Source: Octopus bimaculoides (taxonomy: Eukaryota). Taken from it: DNA of 64,000 nucleotides. The notes beneath the pieces are model-generated. The model did no database searches. It was given only the letters and a program-made list of their open reading frames with translations, and had not been told where the DNA came from. Where the stretch lies: the NCBI RefSeq assembly GCF_001194135.2, contig NC_068985.1, forward strand, positions 106,942,191 to 107,006,190, in the 5' to 3' direction. Positions 55,069 to 64,000 of the stretch are shown in pieces (positions within the stretch are counted from its first letter, which is position 1; every line of letters begins with the position of its first letter). A program made the translations under genes and the position numbers.

Positions 55069-55490
55069 AGGCGTAGGAGTGGCTGTGTGGGAAGTAGCTT
55101 GCTTACCAACCACATGGTTCCGGGTTCAGTCCCACTGCGTGGTACCTTGGGCAAGTGTCTTCTACTATAGCCTCGGGCCGACCAAAGCCTTGTGAGTGGA
55201 TTTGGTAGACGGAAACTGAAAGAAGCCCGTCATATATATATGTATATATATATATATGTGTGTGTGTGTATGTTTGTGTGTCTGTGTTTGTCCCCCCAAC
55301 ATCGCTTGACAACCGATGCTGGTGTGTTTACATCCCCGTAACTTAGCGGTTCGGCAAAAGAGACCGATAGAATAAGTACTAGGCATCCAAAGAATAAGTC
55401 CTGGGGTCGATTTGCTCAACTAAAGGTGGTGCTCCAGCATGGCCGCAGTCAAATGACTGAAACAAGTAAAAGATAAAAGATAAAAGATAA
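55069..55490 (+). mobile_element. Family A SINE, full length, preceded by tandem copies of its first bases
   Basis: A box TGGCTGTGTGG, B box GGTTCAGTCCC, CCTTGGGCAAGTG and (AAAGAT)n tail. Confidence 0.92.
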
Positions 55491-55499
55491 TACATATTA

Positions 55500-57330
55500 A
55501 AAGGACACTACAAACAGACACAAAGCAACAGAAACCCAGGAAAAGAAACATTAACTGGTCTAAACCATTCTTCAGCTCAAATGTAGCAATGAAAGTTGCA
55601 CACACTCTCATAAAACTAATCAGCAAGCACTTCTCAACTGAACATGAATATCACAAGTTATACAGCCAAAACAATGCAAAAACCAGCTAGAGCTGCACAA
55701 AAAACGTAAAATGCATCATACAAAATAACACACCTTAAAACACACAATACACAACTAAAAACTAGATGCAACTTCTCAAGAACGAAGTCATGCCCATTAC
55801 ACAAAATTTATTTGCAAACAAAAGCAGTTTATAAAGCAACAGTTGATCCTTTACAGACACATACACACAGCATACGTGCACATTTCAGACCATAAACAAA
55901 AGGAATACTACATGTCTGTCCAAACACCTCTGGAAATTAAAAGAAAACATAAAATGGGAAATTATAGACCGTACACCATCATAAATATATGGCTCTGGTA
56001 TCTGCCTCTTCCATTCAACAGAAAAATACCACATGATCACACAAAATATACACATTCTGAATAAGAGAAACGAAATCATGTCCCAATGTAGACACAAAAT
56101 AAATTTATTGTCAAAAGATGGTCTGCACAAATTACAAACCAGATAAAGCAATCACCAAAAATCCACACCCACGCCTACAGACACACACCATGTACACATG
56201 CTCATGGGCGTAAAAAGCTCACACATACATAGCATACAAAACACACTTAGTTAAGCACCACTACCTTGGTATGACTTCCCAAAACTCTATAGCATAATAT
56301 GTACATGCATATGTGCATGTGTCTGCATATGCACACACTTTTACAAATGTAAATAAATGACAAACAACAATATACTACCATATATCTTACCCACTGCACA
56401 TTCATACACACAAATACACACACTCATGCATGCAAACACTCAAAAGACAAAACAAAAATTCTATCCCATCATCATTGTCATCATCATCGTCATTGTCATC
56501 ATCATCATCACCATCCTTTAACGTCCATTTTCTAAACTGGCATGGGTTGGATCACACCAAACAAATCTACTATAGCCATACCTAGTACACACATACTGCA
56601 AACATACAACAAGAACATAACACAACAAAACCAGTCTGCCATAAAATCACCATTCATTAAAAACATATTTATCAACAATAGATATATCTTTAATTTCACA
56701 ACTAACACCCATCATCCATAAACCTTCATAAAGACATTCACATCTCCCACACCACCACCGCATGCATATGCACATTTTTATTAACGTTCTATAACTACTG
56801 GCAAGACAACAAACACCCATCCCAGATTTTGACAATTGGGTACCAATGTCAAATGGCCACAATTCGTTGCACACACAATCATGCAAATATTTCCTTGAAA
56901 TAGATGAGTCTTTAATTACTTTTCAAAATAACACATTCACAAACAACTTTTCTCAAAAGCATATATTTAAAAGCTTACACACACATAATAAATTACACAT
57001 AATAATAAATAACATGCCCCCCACACCAGCTGACCCACAAATCCTAAACAAATTAATAGCACACATTCTCACCTACAATTGGAAGATGTGCAAACACCAC
57101 ATCACAAAAATAACATAAACAACCACTGAAGATCTAGGAAAACACTGCCTAATTAACAAATGCAAAAACCTAACCAATGAACAAACACAAACACTAGACT
57201 ACACAGACACATCAAAAGATATAGACACACTACCAATACTGAGTTGTAACAGTTCTTGCTTGAGGATCACAGTGGCATGAAACTAGGTTACAAGATAAAC
57301 TCCCAGTTTCAACAAAAAAACCATATTCTT
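55500..57330 (+). mobile_element. Penelope-like element remnant (linker, GIY-YIG C-terminus, probable 3' region)
   Basis: 55538: RKRNINWSKPFFSSNVA...LISKHF...SCTKNVKCII; 55868: LSKHLWKLKENIKWEII...TEKYHMI...LNKRNEIMSQCRHK. The 3' extent is inferred. Confidence 0.8.
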
Positions 57331-57505
57331 TACATGAATTGAGTACTTCTCTCTCATACATCTGACATAAACTATATATCAAACAATTCACTATATGGAT
57401 CTTTACTGCCTATTATAAACTAGACAAACAAAGATGGCAAAANNNNNNNNNNAAAAAAAAAAAAAAAAAAAAAAGAGAGGGTTCATTTAAATTGTTCAGG
57501 GACGT

Positions 57506-57551
57506 TTGTCACTGAAGAGATTAAATGAAATTGAAACACTGTGTCTGACAA
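57506..57551 (+). ncRNA. Type I hammerhead ribozyme motif (minimal, palindromic stem III)
   Basis: Stem I TTGTCA/TGACAA; core CTGAAGA; stem II GATT-aaatga-AATT; GAAA; stem III ACAC-t-GTGT; GTC cleavage triplet. Confidence 0.7.
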
Positions 57552-58250
57552 TCCAACAACTGCTTTAAGAGGCTGTCAATGATAGAGCTTCTGAGGAGGC
57601 ATTCAAGCAGCTAGAAAGTGTAGCCAAATCACCATAAAATTACACTCCCTACAATCTTAAAACAAGGAAGACACATTTTATATTGCAGTCCTTGATGATA
57701 AGAAGACAGGAAGGTTTTGGTTAATATGAAACAACAACTCAGGGAGATTTCTATATTGTAGGTCACTGCTAAAAATAGCAGCCCAAGCTTACACAAATTA
57801 CACACTACTGACTTCAAAAAGGAAGGATACAATTAGAAAATGTAGCCTCTGATATACAAAAAAAAAACAAAAAAAAACAGATGGAAGATTTTCATGATAG
57901 GTATATTAAAGCTAGAAATAACCAGACAAATTTCCTCCCGATCACACTTTCAACTATCTTAAAATGAAGAAATATACAAAAACAAATATCAGTGCCAAAT
58001 ATGTTATTATTGATATACTGTGTTCACACAAGTATATATGCATATACATATATATATATATATACATATATACATATAGAGAGAGATATAGGTATATATA
58101 AGCACACATACATACATATATACATACACACACGTGTGAGTGTAGATAGCTATATGTGTATGTATATATATATATACATATATACATATAGAGAGAGATA
58201 TAGGTATATATAAGCACACATACATACATATATACATACANNNNNNNNNN

Positions 58251-58298
<48 letters not shown>

Positions 58299-59274
58299 TA
58301 ATATACACGTGGGCAAATATTATGCACAATGATTCTGTGATCAATACAATTAGTCCATCCATCCATCTATCCACCAATCCCTCCATCCAAGCATCCATCC
58401 ATCCATCCATTCATCCAACAGTCCATCTTCAATATAAACACAGCCATGAGTCATATCCGTATCTGATATAGTCAGTAATTAAAGCTTGAATTATTTAGTG
58501 TTGATAGAATTGAATTGTCTTCATGCCAATTCTATTGTTTCCTGTTGCAGAAAGAATTAGGTGCTACCATCACACCATTCCTTACATCTTCATCTTTCAA
58601 CATGACAACATTGCTTTGTCGACATACAAGTCTGCCAGTCTTGCTGATTTGATATCTAAGCTTTAGATAGGAATGGCTTTCTTCTGATCTTATAGGTTTT
58701 GGTAGTTTTATGTTTTGGTTTTCTGGTTTGCTTTTTAGTCTTGTTTTTATTCCATTGTATGTATGTGTATGTGCATGTTTCTGTGTGACTGTATCAATGT
58801 ATGTCTGTGTGTATATATTTGTCTGCATGAGTGTGTATGTGTGTGACTGCCTGTAAGTTTTTTACTATATGTCCGTGTCCATGCATATATAGATGTGCAT
58901 ATGTTTGTATGGACTGTGCTTATGTATCTACAGGACTACATGTGAGTGTGGGGTTGAGTGTATGAATATGTATGAGCTGTTATTGGAGTAGTTGTTGTAA
59001 ATGTGTAGTTGTTGTTTAGCCACAGAACATCCCTAATTCTCAGCATGCCTACAGTCAAATACATTCCCGTCTTTTATGTATATATGTATCTAAGACAACA
59101 TTATCCAATTTGGCCTTACTATTCTAAGACAGTAGGATATGATTTGAAAGAGATTTAGCTGAAAGTCAGGTGACTGCATACTGGCTTTATCAATAGTTTG
59201 TGTATACAGCATATATATAAACATATACATATACATGCATACATACATACATACATACATATATGTATGTATTC

Positions 59275-59471
59275 TTTTATTCGTTTCAGTCATTTTGACT
59301 GTGGCCATGCTGGAGCACCGCCTTTAGTTGAGCAAATCGCCCCCAGGACTTATTCTTTGTAAGCCTAGTGCTTATTCTATCAGTCTCTTATGCCAAACCG
59401 CTAAGTTACAGGGACATAAACGCACCAGCATCGATGTCAAGTGATATTGGGACAAACACAAACATATACAC

Positions 59472-59502
<31 letters not shown>

Positions 59503-59660
59503 GGACGGGCTTCTTTCAGTTTCCATCTACCAAATCCACTCGCAAGACTTTGGTCAGCCTGAGGCTATAGTAGAAGACACTTGACCAAGGTGCCACGCAG
59601 TGGGACTGAACCTGAAACCATGTGGTTGGTTAGCAAGCTTCTTACCACGCAGCCACTCCA
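59275..59660 (-). mobile_element. Family A SINE, full length
   Basis: Reverse complement of the 55069 type. Confidence 0.88.
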
Positions 59661-59732
59661 ATATATGAGTATTAATAATGATAAAGAGTATGGACATTTT
59701 TACATCCACAAAATTTACTTTATAGTTATATA

Positions 59733-61052
59733 CAGCATCGCTTCTTAAACCATGGGTCACGACCCCAAATGGGGGTCGGGAAGCGAAATGCCGAGGGTCA
59801 CGAAAATGCATGTGCAGTGAGAAAATGCATGTGCAGTGCCATTGCAACTAGTGCAGTAACAACGTATGTATTTTCAGTGTAGTTGGTTGACTGTGTTCAT
59901 CTTAATAAGTGTATAAATAACAATACATGTTACTGTTTTATTTGACTGAGGTCAGCATTTATTTAAATAATTTCATAATTATTTTATGAAACGCTATTCT
60001 ATTTATATTTCAAAATAAAAATATTTTTACTCATGGATAAATGACTGAACTTGAGTAACAAAAGTAATGACACAGATGGCAATGCTACAAAGTCTGTTCA
60101 AGTAGGACCTAGTAATCAGAGAGAGGCACCTAAGATCCGAAAAAATTAAAGACAATGAGTCATTTCTCCAATTTGGCTTTAGAGGGAGAAACTAGAAGTA
60201 GTTAATAGCTTCCGTTACCTTGGTGACCAAGTCTGTAGTTGGAGTGGATGCTCAGAGAGCGTTACCACTAGAATAAGAATAGCCTGGGCAAAGTTCAGAA
60301 AGCTCCTACCCCTACTGGTGACAAAGGGCCTCTTGCTCAGAGTGAAAGGTAGATTGTATGATGCATGTGTGTGAACTGCCATGCTTCATGGCAGTGAAAC
60401 ATGGGCCATGACTACTGAAGAAGACATGCGGAGGCTCGAAAGAAATGAAGCTAGCATGATCCGTTGGATGTGTAATGTCAGTGTGCACACTCAACTGAGT
60501 GTAAGCACCCTGAGAGAAATGTTGGACATAAGAAGCATCGGATGTGACATGCAAGAGAGATATTTGCGTTGGTGTGGTCATGTACTACGGATGGATGAAG
60601 AGATCTGTGTGAAGAAGTGCCACTCCCAAACATTGGAAGGAATCCGGGGTACAGGGAAACCCAGGAAGACATGAGATGAGGTGGTGAAGCATGACCTTCG
60701 AAATCGGGCCTCACAGAGGCAATGACAAAAGACCGAGACCTCTGGAGATATGCTGTGACTGAGAAGACCCGGCAAATAAAGTGAGTTTACAGCTGTAACC
60801 TACTCCAGTGTTGCATAACCAACCACTCAAAAGTACCTTAGATCATAGGGCAACATGCTGTGCTTGAGGAGACCTACTGAGTCAAGTACATCAAAACCAA
60901 AATCAAATGGAAATTGAAGTTGTGATCCCCGTGCTGGTGGCATGTAAAAAGAACTTTATAGTAAAGTTGACAAATTTTTTAAAACTATAGGTTTGGAATG
61001 GAAAAATTGTATTGGAGTATGTACAGATGGTGCAAAAGTGATATTCTTTTGA
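59733..61052 (+). mobile_element. hAT (Charlie/Buster-like) transposon remnant interrupted by an RTE
   Basis: CAGC...CATGGGTCACGACCCCAAATGGGGGTCG end; N-terminal DNESFLQFGF at about 60151-60180; at 60948-61052 KELYSKVDKFFKTIGLEWKNCIGVCTDGAKV. Confidence 0.75.
60182..60947 (+). mobile_element. RTE LINE RT C-terminus and proximal 3' UTR
   Basis: KLEVVNSFRYLGD...AWAKFRKLLPLL...MLHGSETW...MIRWMC...RWCGHVLRM...GKPRKT. Confidence 0.95.
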
Positions 61053-61769
61053 ATATTCACTGTCTGAATATTTTTTGAAATATGAAATGGAAATTTGAAG
61101 GAAACACTTATTGTTATGTTTTTTCCATTTAGAAACATTTATGAGTGACATGTGCAAAAACAGCCACTTATAGCTCATGATTTTGAATTTATTTCTGGTT
61201 CTCATGGTAATATTATTATAAACATCATAAACTCCATATAATCAAAGTCATGAAACTGCATTGCTGTTTAAGCAATGTCCTAAAATAATACTTTCGAGTA
61301 ATATTTTTAATTAATGTTTTAAAAAACAATGAGTGTGTATGCCGGTGTTCATTTTGTATGCACCTGTGCAAATGCATATACATAGACATAAGTACTCTCA
61401 TAAATACACATATATACACAGAGTTATATATGCATATATACATAAATGTATACATATACACATATGTATATATACATATACACACATATAGACATATACA
61501 CACATTAGAACATATACCAATAAAACCTACTAATTAAATATTTCATAATTAAGGGGGTTTTTTTCTCTCTGAACCAGAACAAAATTCAAGGAGGCTTGTA
61601 TTTGCATAAAAGATACTTAGCCACATGCATACAAGGCATTAACTATTCATTTCTTTTGTTCACACTTCTGGTGCCTTGAAGCAGCCATTTTTGCATGTGT
61701 TGTTCATGAAGTTCTCGATGAAGGAGCATAAAGATAAGACTTTCCATCAAACTTTCATTTCGCCATCAT

Positions 61770-63050
61770 CATCATCATTATCATCAATTAACATCCATTT
61801 TCGATGCTGGCATGGGTTGGACGGTTTGACTGAGGTTTGGAGAGACAGTGGCTGCACCAGGTTCCAATCTGGTCTGGCAGAGTTTCTACAGCTGGATGCC
61901 TTTCTTAATGCCAACCACTCCAGGAGTGTAGTAGGTGCTTTTTACATGCCACTGGCACAGGAAACAGTATGGGGTACTGGTGTTGGTCACAATTGGTTGG
62001 TGCTTTTTACGTGCTACTGGCACCGGAGCCAGTAAGGCGGGCCTGGAAACAAACACATTCAGATGGTGCTTTTTAAGTGCCACCGGCACGGGAGCCAGTC
62101 ATGGGGGTACTGGCATCAGTCACGATCGGTTGGTGTTTTTTATGTGCCACCAGCACAGTTGCCAGTCAGGCAGACCTAGCTTTGACCACATTCAGATGGT
62201 GCCTTTGATGTGCCATTGGCATGGGAGCCAACCAGAGGGCACTGGCCCCAGCTATGATATTGGTTTTACTTGACTCGACAGGTCTTCTCAAGCATATCAT
62301 ATTGCCTAACGCATCAGGAGTATTTTAAACAGGGATGGACATGCATGGCTGCCATCTCACTTTAGTTGCCAGGTCTTCTCAATCACAGCATATCTCCAAA
62401 GGTTCCAGTCTCTTGTCATTGCCTCTGTGAGGCCCAATGTTCAAAGGACATGCTTCACCACCTCGTCCCACGTCTTCCTGGGTCTACCTCTTCTACAGGT
62501 TCCTTCTACAGGTTCCTTCTACAGTTAGGGAGTGGTACTTCCTCACATATCTGTCTTCATTCATACACAACACATGACCATACCAGCACAGTTGTCTCTC
62601 TTGCACACCACATCTGATGCTTCTTATGCCCAACTTTTCTCTCAGGGAGCTTACACTCTATCGTACATGCACACTGACATTACACATCCAGCGGATCATA
62701 CTAGCTTCATTTCTTTCAAGCCTACGCACGTCCTCTCAGCGGTCATGGCNNNNNNNNNNACATTACACATCCAGCGGATCATACTAGCTTCATTTCTTTC
62801 AAGCCTACGCACGTCCTCTCAGCGGTCATGGCCCATGTTTCACTGCCATGTAGCATGGCAGTTCACACACAAGCATCATACAGTCTACCTTTCACCCTGA
62901 GCGAGAGGCCTTAAGTTGCCAGCAGAGGAGCTCCCTGAACTTTGCCCAGGCTATTCTTACTCTCGTCACTACACTCTCAGAGCAACCACCCCAACTACAG
63001 ATTTGGTCACCTAGGTAGCAGAAGCTATTAACTTCTAGTTTCTTCCCCTG
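61770..63050 (-). mobile_element. RTE LINE, 5'-truncated, with complete 3' UTR and (GAT)n tail
   Basis: KLEVNSFCYLGD...AWAKFRELL to the ORF end, GTGCCACC subrepeats and tail. Confidence 0.92.
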
Positions 63051-63099
63051 GCATGTGATGGAATCTGTTTTCTGTACATCTCCAGTGTTTATTGCCCAA

Positions 63100-63280
63100 G
63101 TGCATCTGCCATGCTGGTGCCATATAAAAGAGCATTTCATACCTTCTGTAATGCGATTGGTGTTAGGAAGTGCATCCAGCCGTAGAAGCCATGCAAAAAC
63201 AGACAACTGGAGTCTTGGCTCTCTGTCCAAGTCATGTCAGTATGAAAAATGCTAAATAATGATGTTGATGATGATGATAA
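63100..63280 (+). mobile_element. RTE-type 3' tail
   Basis: GTTAGGAAGTGCATCCAGCCGTAGAA ... GATGATGAT. Confidence 0.7.
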
Positions 63281-63595
63281 GAAGGAGGAGGAGGAGGAGA
63301 AGTAGGGGAAGAGGAGGAGAAAGCACACACATACATATGCATATCCTCTTCCTCTCATGCTTATTTCCCCACTTAGACTGAATTTACTGCCAACCATGCT
63401 TCCACTGCTGTTCCATATCTCTAAACTATCATTATCTCTCCAGATACTCTCACCTACGCTTATGTAATGCAGGGTAGCCATGTATCTCCTCTTCAGGAAG
63501 ATACCTTGTACCTGTCCCAGTATCATAGTTTAGCATTTCAACACCTGGCATAAAGCCACTACCCTCCCTCTCTTCCTCTTTCTCTCTCTCTCCTT

Positions 63596-63597
<2 letters not shown>

Positions 63598-63659
<62 letters not shown>

Positions 63660-63859
63660 ATAACTACTACTACTACATAACTACTACTACTACATAACTA
63701 CNNNNNNNNNNTCTCACCTACGCTTATGTAATGCAGGGTAGCCATGTATCTCCTCTTCAGGAAGATACCTTGTACCTGTCCCAGTATCATAGTTTAGCAT
63801 TTCAACACCTGGCATAAAGCCACTTCCCTCCCTCTCTTCTTCTTTCTCTCTCTCTCCTT

Positions 63860-63890
<31 letters not shown>

Positions 63891-63990
63891 ATAACTACTA
63901 ATACTACATAACTATTACTACTACTACAACAACGTAACTACTACTACTACTACATAACTACTACTACTACATAGCTACTACTACTACATA
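63598..63990. repeat. (ACT)n microsatellites
   Basis: Direct reading; the block is duplicated across a 10-N gap. Confidence 0.9.
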
Positions 63991-64000
63991 GATGGGGGAA

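Noticed and set aside
54999-55086. CRISPR-like array
   Set aside because: Units are contiguous with no unique spacers, the sequence is a SINE head, the context is eukaryotic and there are no cas genes.
62680-63990. Duplications at 62680/62760 and 63440/63712
   Set aside because: Each pair straddles a 10-N gap; probable scaffolding or haplotype artefacts.

Overview
Repeat-saturated, gap-rich eukaryotic genomic DNA with no protein-coding host gene that I can support. The repeat repertoire (tRNA-derived SINEs of the octopus OK/OR type, RTE LINEs with (GAT)n tails, very dense TA/CA/TCTA microsatellites) suggests an octopus genome; this is inference from recalled repeat families, not a database result. 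Every recognisable peptide is a decayed transposable-element fragment: RTE LINEs (endonuclease and RT pieces, plus many 5'-truncated 3' tails), CR1/L2-type LINEs, two Penelope-like elements (GIY-YIG side), DD34D mariner, three DD37D maT-type copies, a pogo/Tigger DDE fragment and two hAT remnants. Most ORF-track entries are microsatellite or N-gap artefacts. The best leads are: a structurally complete type I hammerhead-ribozyme motif at 57506-57551 downstream of a Penelope-like ORF, with decayed siblings nearby; an unusually rich set of long inverted repeats and foldback elements; a conserved palindromic stem in RTE/SINE 3' tails; and modular shuffling among SINE families. Element boundaries are read by eye and approximate unless stated as exact.
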